NCBI GenBank assembly: GCA_964415025.1 | Contig: CAYPXF010000005.1 | Coordinates: 1,484-65,483, forward strand | Origin: an uncultured Gammaproteobacteria bacterium | GTDB lineage: Bacteria > Patescibacteriota > Patescibacteriia > UBA10025 > JAHIVO01 | Length of the DNA stretch: 64,000 nt | Reading direction: 5' to 3' | Shown here: positions 1 to 9,311 of the stretch, in pieces | Layout of the letters: the number at the start of each line of letters is the position of its first letter | Position numbering within the stretch: the stretch's first letter is position 1 | Made by a program: the position numbers and the translations under genes | The notes under the pieces: model-generated | What the model was told of the DNA's origin: nothing | Database searches by the model: none | The model's input: only the letters and a program-made list of their open reading frames with translations

Positions 1-119
1 AAGACCTGGTTGACTTGTCCTTTTGTCCAGCCAGCCTGCTCTAATCTTTTTTGGATTTCCGAACTAGACAGCCCCGCATGCCGAGCCTGTTCTAACCATT
101 GGTAAATGTCTTGTGCCAT
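1..119 (-). CDS. partial CDS: N-terminal ~39 codons of a hypothetical protein whose gene runs off the window start
   Basis: reverse-complement ATG at 117-119 opens a frame (MAQDIYQWLEQARHAGLSSSEIQKRLEQAGWTKGQVNQV...) that stays open to position 1; missing from the ORF track only because it is truncated. Confidence 0.3.
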   Translation of the reverse strand, partial: MAQDIYQWLEQARHAGLSSSEIQKRLEQAGWTKGQVNQV

Positions 120-215
120 AGAGTAGTTTTTATTTTTATTTATATTAATATTGTAGCACAAAAAAATACTTTTGTCAATTAATTATACTAACATAAAGCA
201 AATTTATTCTTTAGA

Positions 216-350
216 TTACACCTTTGTCAGGACGAGTACAATACTTCCTGCGACCACCAGTGCGCTGACAATCATGACTACAATGGCAGTTTTCGTAGAA
301 CTAGCTACCTTAGTCCTGGTTTGTGTTTCAAGTTGTGGTTGATGTGTCAT
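216..350 (-). CDS. possible 44-aa small protein with a C-terminal hydrophobic helix (MTHQPQLETQTRTKVASSTKTAIVVMIVSALVVAGSIVLVLTKV)
   Basis: ATG (revcomp) at 348-350 lies 3 nt downstream of the htpX stop; 44 codons then TAA; tail-anchored-like hydrophobic C-terminus; below the ORF-track length cutoff. Confidence 0.2.
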   Translation of the reverse strand: MTHQPQLETQTRTKVASSTKTAIVVMIVSALVVAGSIVLVLTKV

Positions 351-354
351 ATAT

Positions 355-1263
355 TTACTGTGCCATGGTTCGCAAAGCCGCAATACGTTCATCTATGGGC
401 GGGTGTGTCATAAATAATTTTGATAACCCCTTTTTCGCCTTACCGCCGAACGGGTTAGCTATATAGAGATGAGCCGACGCATTGTTTGCCTTGCGCATGG
501 GGGCAGTATTAGAAGTTTTTATTTTTTCCAGTGCGTTAGCCAATCCGTCTGGATACCGCGTCAGCAATACGCCCGAAGCATCAGCCAAGAATTCCCGTTT
601 ACGTGATACTGCCAGCTTAATCAGCTGGGCGATGATTGGCGCCAGAATAAGCAGTGCGAGGCCGACGATCATGAGTATCGCCTGCGCCTGACCGCCTTCG
701 CGAGAGCTGCGCCGGCTGCCGCCGAAAATTGATATCCGGAAAAACCAGTTAGAAAGCAGCGCCACAATCCCGACACAGATAATCACCAGTGTCATCAGAC
801 GGATATCATAGTTTTTGATATGTGATAACTCATGAGCAAGCACCCCTTCCAGCTCCTCATTTTCGAGTTTTTCAATGGCGCCGGTCGTTACGGCGATAGA
901 GGCGTGTTCTGGATCACGTCCGGTGGCAAAGGCGTTTATTGCTGGATCATTGATGATATGCACTTTTGGCATAGGTAATCCTGCGGTAATACCCAGATTT
1001 TCCACCATGCGGTATACGTAGGGATTGTCTTGTTTGGTGATTGGTTTGGCTCCGGCTGTCCACAGCGCAACTTTATCTCCAGAAAAATAGCCAAACAAAG
1101 ACATGCCAATGGCGATAATCAGCGCAATGACCAGTCCACCGTACCCGAATTCGGTTAATTGCCCGAATACCCAGCCCAAGAAGCCGATCAACACTATAAA
1201 CACCGCAATCAGGAAATATGATTTGCGTTTGTTGCTGCTGATTTGTGTGTACAGTGTGGCCAT
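355..1263 (-). CDS. htpX: M48-family zinc metalloprotease HtpX
   Basis: 302 aa; HEXXH zinc motif (HELSHI), multiple TM helices, C-terminal FLADASG block typical of HtpX. Confidence 0.9.
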   Translation of the reverse strand: MATLYTQISSNKRKSYFLIAVFIVLIGFLGWVFGQLTEFGYGGLVIALIIAIGMSLFGYFSGDKVALWTAGAKPITKQDNPYVYRMVENLGITAGLPMPKVHIINDPAINAFATGRDPEHASIAVTTGAIEKLENEELEGVLAHELSHIKNYDIRLMTLVIICVGIVALLSNWFFRISIFGGSRRSSREGGQAQAILMIVGLALLILAPIIAQLIKLAVSRKREFLADASGVLLTRYPDGLANALEKIKTSNTAPMRKANNASAHLYIANPFGGKAKKGLSKLFMTHPPIDERIAALRTMAQ

Positions 1264-1328
1264 ATTAAGCGATGTTAAAGGGCCGGCTTTGTTAAGCGGC
1301 CTAGTAGGATGCGTGTTTATGTCGGAGT

Positions 1329-1886
1329 CTAGAATTCAACTTTGACCGGTTCGCGTTCTGTTGCTTCTTCGATTTCGAAAAAGTCGTATTGCTTAAATCC
1401 GAGCATACCGGCAATCATGTTATTGGGGAAGACCTGGATCTTAGTATTGAAATCGCGTACATTACCGTTGTAAAATCGGCGGGCCGCCTGAATCTTATTC
1501 TCCGTATCAGTCAGCTCATCCTGGAGTTTGGCAAAATTTTCATTAGCTTTCAGATCAGGATAATTCTCGGCTACGGCAAACAAACTTTTCAAAGTATTGG
1601 ACAGGGCGTTTTCGGCCTGTTCTTGCTCTTTGACAGTTTGGGCGTTCATGGCGGCAGAACGTGCCTGGGTCACTTTTTCGAAAAGCTCGCGTTCGTGTTT
1701 AGCGTATCCCTTGACAGTGTTCACGAGATTTGGGATTAAATCATAGCGCCGTTTGAGCTGCACATCGATATCTGACCATGCTTCGTCAGTACGATTACGC
1801 AGCTTGATCAGGCTGTTATATACGCTGATGAACCATAACACTGCCATGACGATGAGGGCGATTACGATCCAAACGATTGTGGGCAT
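1329..1886 (-). CDS. lemA: LemA family membrane protein
   Basis: 185 aa; N-terminal TM helix then LemA signature ([33 protein letters not shown]...[10 protein letters not shown]). Confidence 0.85.
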   Translation of the reverse strand: MPTIVWIVIALIVMAVLWFISVYNSLIKLRNRTDEAWSDIDVQLKRRYDLIPNLVNTVKGYAKHERELFEKVTQARSAAMNAQTVKEQEQAENALSNTLKSLFAVAENYPDLKANENFAKLQDELTDTENKIQAARRFYNGNVRDFNTKIQVFPNNMIAGMLGFKQYDFFEIEEATEREPVKVEF

Positions 1887-1906
1887 ACTTGTTTTAGGTT
1901 AGTTAT

Positions 1907-2440
1907 TTATGGTGTTATTAGCACAGTGAGGGCTGATGCAGAGACTTCAAACGAGTCGCTCATATCCTCGTCAGATCTAACAATTACCCGATTGCCTGTT
2001 TTGATTTGTTCCGGCAAAATCTGTTCCTGTTCTGTGCTGTTTTGGCCCGGCGATGAAGGATTTGTCAAATCCCAGCGGGTCAGGATTGTAGCTGGCTTCA
2101 GTATAGCAGTAATAGTATCAGTATTCAAAGCAGCTGCGGTATGGTCATCGACACTGATTTGTACGTCGTTATCATTTATATTTGTAACTGTGCCATACCA
2201 ATTTTGGGTATTGGCGCCGAGAATATGTTGCGTTTGACTGACATCGATAACCGGGGCACTCCTCGGCTGGTTATCAGATTTGTTTTTTCCTATTGAAAAG
2301 GAAGCAATTGTTAATGTAATAATGATCAGTACCCCTAATGATATAAAAAAAACAATTTCAGCAGCGGGAATATGTATGTTAGCAGGGGATGGCTTTGGTT
2401 GTTCGGAGTCTATTTTTTGTTTTGTTTTGTTGTTTGACAT
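1907..2440 (-). CDS. hypothetical membrane-anchored protein
   Basis: 177 aa ORF on the same strand as and adjacent to lemA/htpX; single TM helix after a Lys/Pro-rich N-terminus; no recognisable domain. Confidence 0.55.
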   Translation of the reverse strand: MSNNKTKQKIDSEQPKPSPANIHIPAAEIVFFISLGVLIIITLTIASFSIGKNKSDNQPRSAPVIDVSQTQHILGANTQNWYGTVTNINDNDVQISVDDHTAAALNTDTITAILKPATILTRWDLTNPSSPGQNSTEQEQILPEQIKTGNRVIVRSDEDMSDSFEVSASALTVLITP

Positions 2441-2586
2441 AAAGGGGTAAAATGTGTTAAAATTAATGCACGTAAAAATTCTGTATTCAGTTTAATTATT
2501 GTAAGTTATCGGTTTTTTGTCAAATATTGTTTTTATCACTTTGGCATTAGGCAGGATTCAAAAAAATAAAATATTGGGGGAATTCC

Positions 2587-5421
2587 GTGTTCACAAACCG
2601 AAAACAATTTATAGGTATGTATAAATGGGCTTTTTTTAGCCTATTTTTTTGTCTGGTAATTATTGCTTTAGGCGTGCACCAAATCCATGCAAAAGTTATC
2701 GATCCAGAGGCGGCGCCACCAGAGAAAAATATGCCTGATTATATAAATATTGGCGGTGAGCATCAGGCTAAGCAGGGTGCCTTGCGATTGGGCAGTGATG
2801 CTGTGGGCGATCCGTATGAATACCAGCTCGAAGTAGTCGGTGAGGGCGGATTAATATCTAATACTAGCATAGAAAAAGACTTACGAGTTGAGTCAAATAC
2901 GGCCAGTGATCCGGCTCTGTATGTGGACGCAATCAATAATAAGGTATGTATAGGGGCATGTCTGGACCAATCAAATACCAGATTAGAAGTAAGCGGCAAT
3001 ACTCGGATAGACGCAGATCAATCTGAATATGGGATCAGGTCATATAGTGCTGGCCAAGCACTCTATGGCTGGGGCAGTACGTACGGTATCCAGGGGGTTA
3101 GCTCATCAGCTGACGGATATGGTATTTGGGCATCAAGTCCGCTAAGCACCGCGCTCGAAGGAGTAAATATTAATAATGCTTACAGCGGGGTGGCCGGATT
3201 TAGTACAGATGGCATCGGTATTTACGGCGCCAACACGAATTATCAGGGATTATGGGCCGGATATTTTGACGGACGAACTGAATCAACCAGGCAGGTCATT
3301 GGCCGTAAGTTTGTGCCTACCTCATATCCGCCGGCGATGGTGCAAAACACGTCAGGCCAGGTCGCTGGCTCGTATACGGTCAGCGGACGGCGGCTGGTCC
3401 ATGCCGATAGTTCTTTTGTCTGGACTAGTACGACCGCCGGATCGCTGTACAAAAGCAGAATCAGTGATATGCAGGATCAGTGGGAAGCAAGTCTCGGCGC
3501 TGAAACAACTGACGGGCTATATGACAGTAATAATTTTTGGGCAGTCATTCCTGCGAGCCAGGAGGTAAAAAAGATTAACGCTGATACCGGTATCGAGAGC
3601 TGTTCGTACACTGCCAGCAGTACTCCAACCGCCGTCACGTTTGACGGTAGCAGCTACTGGGTAGCTACTGATGAAGGACGGAGCGTAATCCAATTAGACA
3701 GCGATTGTAACGAAGTGCAGACAATTTTTATCGGCTATAATCTGACCGATATTATTTTTGATGGCACCTACTTATGGGCGGTATCAGATATCAGTGAGTA
3801 TATTATCAGCATAAATCCGTCTAATCCGTCCGGCAGCGAAGCCACTGCGTATGCGGGTATTAGTGGTAATAATCCTGGCAGGCTTTTGTTTGATAATTAT
3901 TATTTCTGGGTAATTAATCAGGATGATGATACTGTTACTGCGTTTTACCTGCGTGACGGCATGGCCAGGAAGTTTAATACCTATCAGACCGGCACCGGAC
4001 CAGCTGATCTGGTTTTTGATGGTATGCATGTATGGATTATGAACACGGATGGCCAGAGCGTATCCCGTTTACTCGCTGCTGATCCAACGCAAAAAAAAGA
4101 TATTCAACTGAATTTTGCACCGACCGGCATCGGATTTGACGGGACATATATCTGGATTTCAGGCGATAGCAGTATGGTGAAGCTGTATTCTGGAGTCGGG
4201 CATGGCACGATTGATGTTAGCAATGCTCTAGCCCTGCAAACAGCCACGGCCTCGATAATCCAGCGAGGTTACGCGGCTCTGACCGGATCTGCACGCGTCG
4301 GTGGGAATGCCTCATTTGCCGGTGATATAACTACCGCCGCTAACAGCTGGGGAACGGCGCAATCAGGAGATGTAATCATGAGTGATTATGGTGATACCTG
4401 GGCGCAGATGGGCAATCCCGGCATCAGTGAACGCTGGGTATTGTCATTTCTAGAGACTGATGACGGTACGATTTATGCCGGTACGTTTGATCAGGGAAAT
4501 GTGTATACCTATGATGCTGATACAGATACTTGGACTAATACCGGCGATTTAACCGGCGCAACCTATGTGTATGATCTTATCCAGACAGCAGACGGCACAA
4601 TATACGCCAGCACCGGCCAGAATGGTGATGTGTTTACCTATAATCCAGGCACAGATACGTGGACCAATACCGGAGAAATAACTGGCGCAGTCGATGCTAC
4701 CAGTTTATTACTGGGCCGCGACGGCGTACTCTATGTCGGAGTCGAACGTGCGGCAGGCACGGCACTGTTTTCATATAATCCCGGTACAGACATATGGACA
4801 GAGCGTGTGGCAATACCCGGGACAATACATTTATCCGATATGATCCAAGCTCGTGACAATATATTGTATATTGCCGCTCGTCCGTCAGATACGCCTGACC
4901 AAGGCGATGTTTACAAATACGACCCAGTCGCTGACACGCTGGTTAATTCCGGAAATTTGGCTGGAGCAACACGTGTCTATGATTTACTAGAAACAGCTGA
5001 CGGTACTATCTATGCGGCCACTCATCCAAATGCACAGGTCTTTGAGTACGACCGCTTTACCGACTCCTGGACAGGTTTAGCAGTGCTGCCGTGCGGAAAC
5101 GGGGTATGGTCGCTGCTGGAAACAAATGACGGTGCGCTGTATGCTGGCACAAACTGCAACGGGGACGTGTATGCCTATGACTTTATTAATGACCAATGGG
5201 ATATCGTGGGTTCAATGGGCAGTGCGACGCTGACAACGGCACTGTACGAGACAAGTGATCACCGGATCATGGCCGGTACTGCGTATGATACCGGCGTATT
5301 TCAGCTGACCATCACGCCGCTTTCGGCAGGCACGTACAGCTGTCCGGACGGTCATTTTGTTACTAGCATCACTACTAATAGCATAGACCAGGTTATCCGC
5401 GTTGATTGCCGGCCATTATAG
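2587..5421 (+). CDS. giant surface protein paralog A (944 aa): signal anchor, conserved N-terminal Gly-rich module, FDGTYLW-type beta-propeller, Kelch-like beta-propeller, C-terminal two-Cys module ending CRPL
   Basis: GTG start 7 nt after a GGGGGA RBS; N-terminal TM; six ~45-aa blades with [FY]DG.Y.W[VI]; six repeats DGTIYAGT...V[YF]TY[ND]..TDTWT; shares N- and C-terminal modules with the next two genes. Confidence 0.8.
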   Translation: MFTNRKQFIGMYKWAFFSLFFCLVIIALGVHQIHAKVIDPEAAPPEKNMPDYINIGGEHQAKQGALRLGSDAVGDPYEYQLEVVGEGGLISNTSIEKDLRVESNTASDPALYVDAINNKVCIGACLDQSNTRLEVSGNTRIDADQSEYGIRSYSAGQALYGWGSTYGIQGVSSSADGYGIWASSPLSTALEGVNINNAYSGVAGFSTDGIGIYGANTNYQGLWAGYFDGRTESTRQVIGRKFVPTSYPPAMVQNTSGQVAGSYTVSGRRLVHADSSFVWTSTTAGSLYKSRISDMQDQWEASLGAETTDGLYDSNNFWAVIPASQEVKKINADTGIESCSYTASSTPTAVTFDGSSYWVATDEGRSVIQLDSDCNEVQTIFIGYNLTDIIFDGTYLWAVSDISEYIISINPSNPSGSEATAYAGISGNNPGRLLFDNYYFWVINQDDDTVTAFYLRDGMARKFNTYQTGTGPADLVFDGMHVWIMNTDGQSVSRLLAADPTQKKDIQLNFAPTGIGFDGTYIWISGDSSMVKLYSGVGHGTIDVSNALALQTATASIIQRGYAALTGSARVGGNASFAGDITTAANSWGTAQSGDVIMSDYGDTWAQMGNPGISERWVLSFLETDDGTIYAGTFDQGNVYTYDADTDTWTNTGDLTGATYVYDLIQTADGTIYASTGQNGDVFTYNPGTDTWTNTGEITGAVDATSLLLGRDGVLYVGVERAAGTALFSYNPGTDIWTERVAIPGTIHLSDMIQARDNILYIAARPSDTPDQGDVYKYDPVADTLVNSGNLAGATRVYDLLETADGTIYAATHPNAQVFEYDRFTDSWTGLAVLPCGNGVWSLLETNDGALYAGTNCNGDVYAYDFINDQWDIVGSMGSATLTTALYETSDHRIMAGTAYDTGVFQLTITPLSAGTYSCPDGHFVTSITTNSIDQVIRVDCRPL

Positions 5422-5432
5422 ACTAAAGAATA

Positions 5433-8400
5433 ATGAAACATTTTGTCACATCGTATAATCGCAGAATATTATTACCAATAGGTTTGCTGGTTATTGTTTT
5501 AGCTCTGGTCGGAACCGTGAAGATAACTTATGCTGCCTGGGAAGAACCGCAGGCAGAACCGCCTGACGATAACATGTTTGCCCCGCTGGATGTGAGTGAT
5601 AATAACCAGGCTAAGCGCGGCCGCCTCCTGCTCGACCCGCTGTACAATCCGCTGGGCGCAATACCTGAAATTGATTATCCGCTCGAAGTCAGAGGTCCAC
5701 GCGACGTGTATATCAATAAACTCGAGATAGTAGCCGAAGGCGACCTTAGTGTCGATACAGATACGCTCGTGGTAGACGGTACTGGCCATATGGTCGGTAT
5801 GGGCACTGGCAGCCCGGACGAGCTGCTGGATATCCGCGGTTATGGCGCGACACTAGGCAGCGACAGCCAACTAATCAGCGGCAATGCGCTGGTAGTGACT
5901 GATGTGGGCAAATACGGAGCGTATGGCCTGTCACAGGGAGACAGCATTGCTTCAGTGCTTGGTGAGAGTGATAGCGGTTCAGGCATCTACGGTCTGCACA
6001 CTGCTGGTGGTACAGGCATCATGGCGCAGAGCGAATCCGCGTCTGCGGTCCGGGGAACAGTGTCAGCAGCGGCAGGCAGTCCGGTCGCTGCTGGTATATA
6101 TGCCCAGGCGCAGGGGCTGGGCTCGTGGGCCGGGTATTTTGCCCAGCGTGTGTATGGCACGCAAGAAGTAGTCGGATCAACATTTTTACCGACTGCATTA
6201 CCCTATTCGAGTATTCCGTATTCAGTTGGCTGGAAAACGCAGGACATCGCCCAAAGCTATGTACCGGCTTTTAGTAGTATCGCTTTTGACGGACGGTATC
6301 TCTGGATAAATAATTATACAGCCTATTGGAGTCAGGCTCCATATATTCACAAAATCGATGCCTATACTGGCGAACAGGTAGAAGCATTTAAGGTTTCTGG
6401 TGCGGAACACGCCTATAATAGCCCGGGCATGGGGACTATGGACTATGCTGGCGGCTATATTTGGATGGCAAATCCGTATAAAGACAACGAAGGGATATAC
6501 CGTATTGACCCGCATAGCCAGGATTATGACACTACGCTGTACTCTGTCGGAACCCATGATGCTGATGGCGATGGTAATACTGATGACGGCGAAAGTGACG
6601 GTCCGTTTGATTTTATATATGATGATATTACCTATCCTGATAATACGTTTGTCTGGGTAGTCAGTGATTACGAGGACAATGCCGCTGCTTCTCGCTATTA
6701 TATTACCAGACTTCAGCCAGCGGCCGATGAATACGGTTTTTGCTCTGACCCATCACAGCTGACGCAGGCGGGCTGTACTGGAACATGGTATGATGACTTG
6801 AGCGAGCTTGATTTCAGTGGCGCGACTTGTCCGGTATGCGTTAATTGTACCGGCACGACTACTACCGAACCATGCAGTGTGCCTGGATATTATACTGAAG
6901 CAGAATGCACCAACCCTTCGGTCGGAGGCGCCTGGGATCCAGATGCAAATTTTGGTTATGCCGAGCTGCGCTATCCCAGCGGCATCACTTTTGACGGTAC
7001 AAAAATCTGGGTCAGCTTTGCTGGCGGCGGCGCGTATGCCAGCGGGCTGGTTTCATTTGACGCGGCCGATCCTGTTAATACCGCGACAACGCATTGTGCC
7101 GGACCAAATCGCAACTTGCAAACAATTGACTGGGGCAGCGGCATGCTATGGGCAGGGGATAAACAACGGGAAAACGAAGTTGTCAGATTATTTGCTATTG
7201 ATCCAGCCGCTGATCCGCTGTATCTGGGCATTGATGATTATGGCTCGTTTGGAAGTGAGTTGGGAAGCGGTACAATATCTATCCTGGCATATGATGAGAA
7301 GTCAGCAGGCGGGCCATATCTCTGGGTTATTAATCCTTTTCATTTCGCAAAATTTTCTATAAATCCGGTGACAAAGACTTTGGCCCCGGCACATGTGTAT
7401 AGCCTCTATAATAGCGGGTATAATTTTGCCTTTGCTGAAAATGAAGCCGGCGAACGGACTGTATGGACTACTCATGGGAACGTTGGCGGTATTATCGAAC
7501 ACTTAGTTGATACGAGCGTGGCGCTCCCCGGTAACAGCCCGTATGCTCCGTATTACCAACGTGCGTTTTTGCCCGTGGGGGCTAGTGTTGGAGGAATGGT
7601 TTTTGACAGTACCTATATTTGGACAGCAGATCGTAATACTAACAAATTAAGTAAATTTAACATTGCTGACGGAAGCAAAATGGGTGATTATGACGCCGGA
7701 TGGTATCCGCTCGGCATAGTGTATGACGGCCGCTATATTTGGACAGTAAATAGTGATGAATATGGCTATAAACCAAACACAAACGATCTGACCAAATTTG
7801 ATCCAGTGAATGGTGAAATCGTAGACGAGTATAAAATCACAAATTATAACGGAGAAATGGACATAGCGCGCGGTGGATATATTGATATGCGTTTTGACGG
7901 ACAATATATATGGATTACCTTTCCGGACAGTGATGAAATTGCCGTATTTGATCCTGATACCATCGATACCTCCGGTGTAACTTTTTATGATGATACAGAC
8001 CATGGTATTGATAATCCGTACCGTCTCGTGTATGACGGGGAGTCTATGTGGGTATCGCATATTGATAATAAGATTTCGCGCGTTCAATCGGACGGAACTA
8101 ATGCGTTTACCAGGACATTTGATATAATTGACGGCGGTGTAGCTTATAATATTAGCGCGCTGGAATTTGACGGCACTTATCTTTGGATCGGCACTAAATT
8201 TATGGACACGCAAGGACGGAGTGTGTATAAATATGACCCAGCAGGAGATGTAATTGTTGATGAATTTACTGTATATAATGATTCGGGCATATGTTTAGCT
8301 GGTGAGCGGCAGTATCAGTATTGCCGCAGTGATGCTGACTGTCCTAGCAGTACATGCGACGCAAAAGGCTCTCGGGTAACCGATATATTATTTGATGGTA

Positions 8401-9305
8401 CGCATGTGTGGATTAAGCATGGGGGTAGGAATGATGATGCCGGTAGTATTGAGTGTAATGATGGCATAGACAATGACGGGGTAGGACATTGCGATATCTC
8501 GCCGTACGCGGTATGTACGAGCGACGCGGAATGTACTCCTGGTACCTGTGACTTCACTGATCAGGATGATGACCGTGGCGGCTGGTGTGAAAACACTTTT
8601 GATTTACATGAAGGATCGCGGTGCAATGATGATCAGGATAATGACCAGGATGGTACATGCGATCATGATGGGTGCAATGGATTGCCGGCAGATCTTGATT
8701 GTACTGATGAATTTTCTGATGCCGAGGGCAATCCTGAATGCAGCGACGGCTGGGATAATAACGGCGACGGACTGTGCGACTATGACGGCGCTGTCGGCGC
8801 TCCCGGGTGCAGCGGTAAGCCAGATCCGGGCTGTTCGAGCGCGAGTGATGCTAGCGAGGCAATACCTTCGACGCATTCAGCGCATTTAACGCGCATAATA
8901 CCGGCGACTGGAGCAGTGGTTGAGAGTCTGTATTATGATCGCTATACCCAAGTTTCAAATCATTTAGTATATGATGGCAGCAAAATCTGGATCGGAGATG
9001 GTAGTACCACGAGCCGTGAAACAGTGCATAGTTATTATGCCGGCACTGGACTGCGGACTGATTTGTCAGATACTGTCGTGCGGCAGGGCAGTTTTCCGGG
9101 CACGGCACAGATCGGACTGGCCAGCTACCATGGCTCACTGACTGTGGATACTGCCCTGGAGGTAATCGGCGATCTGGTCGTGACTACCAATATTTGGGGC
9201 GGTACTGCTGACGATGTGAAGGCGTTTGGCACGGCCTGTGATGACGGCCAGTTTATAAAAGGGATTGACACCACCAGCGGCCAATCCCAATGCCGACCAT
9301 TATAA
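5433..9305 (+). CDS. giant surface protein paralog B (1290 aa): same N-terminal module, FDG.Y.W beta-propeller repeats, Ca-binding Cys/Asp (TSP3-like) repeat region, C-terminal two-Cys module ending QCRPL
   Basis: starts 12 nt after paralog A stop; N-terminal TM; motifs NMFAPLDV..QAKRGRLLLDP, GIYG/GIYA repeats, SWAGYF; CNDGIDNDGVGHCD...CSDGWDNNGDGLCDYDG repeats; C-terminal NIWGGTADDV...C..GQFIKGI...QCRPL. Confidence 0.8.
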   Translation: MKHFVTSYNRRILLPIGLLVIVLALVGTVKITYAAWEEPQAEPPDDNMFAPLDVSDNNQAKRGRLLLDPLYNPLGAIPEIDYPLEVRGPRDVYINKLEIVAEGDLSVDTDTLVVDGTGHMVGMGTGSPDELLDIRGYGATLGSDSQLISGNALVVTDVGKYGAYGLSQGDSIASVLGESDSGSGIYGLHTAGGTGIMAQSESASAVRGTVSAAAGSPVAAGIYAQAQGLGSWAGYFAQRVYGTQEVVGSTFLPTALPYSSIPYSVGWKTQDIAQSYVPAFSSIAFDGRYLWINNYTAYWSQAPYIHKIDAYTGEQVEAFKVSGAEHAYNSPGMGTMDYAGGYIWMANPYKDNEGIYRIDPHSQDYDTTLYSVGTHDADGDGNTDDGESDGPFDFIYDDITYPDNTFVWVVSDYEDNAAASRYYITRLQPAADEYGFCSDPSQLTQAGCTGTWYDDLSELDFSGATCPVCVNCTGTTTTEPCSVPGYYTEAECTNPSVGGAWDPDANFGYAELRYPSGITFDGTKIWVSFAGGGAYASGLVSFDAADPVNTATTHCAGPNRNLQTIDWGSGMLWAGDKQRENEVVRLFAIDPAADPLYLGIDDYGSFGSELGSGTISILAYDEKSAGGPYLWVINPFHFAKFSINPVTKTLAPAHVYSLYNSGYNFAFAENEAGERTVWTTHGNVGGIIEHLVDTSVALPGNSPYAPYYQRAFLPVGASVGGMVFDSTYIWTADRNTNKLSKFNIADGSKMGDYDAGWYPLGIVYDGRYIWTVNSDEYGYKPNTNDLTKFDPVNGEIVDEYKITNYNGEMDIARGGYIDMRFDGQYIWITFPDSDEIAVFDPDTIDTSGVTFYDDTDHGIDNPYRLVYDGESMWVSHIDNKISRVQSDGTNAFTRTFDIIDGGVAYNISALEFDGTYLWIGTKFMDTQGRSVYKYDPAGDVIVDEFTVYNDSGICLAGERQYQYCRSDADCPSSTCDAKGSRVTDILFDGTHVWIKHGGRNDDAGSIECNDGIDNDGVGHCDISPYAVCTSDAECTPGTCDFTDQDDDRGGWCENTFDLHEGSRCNDDQDNDQDGTCDHDGCNGLPADLDCTDEFSDAEGNPECSDGWDNNGDGLCDYDGAVGAPGCSGKPDPGCSSASDASEAIPSTHSAHLTRIIPATGAVVESLYYDRYTQVSNHLVYDGSKIWIGDGSTTSRETVHSYYAGTGLRTDLSDTVVRQGSFPGTAQIGLASYHGSLTVDTALEVIGDLVVTTNIWGGTADDVKAFGTACDDGQFIKGIDTTSGQSQCRPL

Positions 9306-9311
9306 TCTCTT

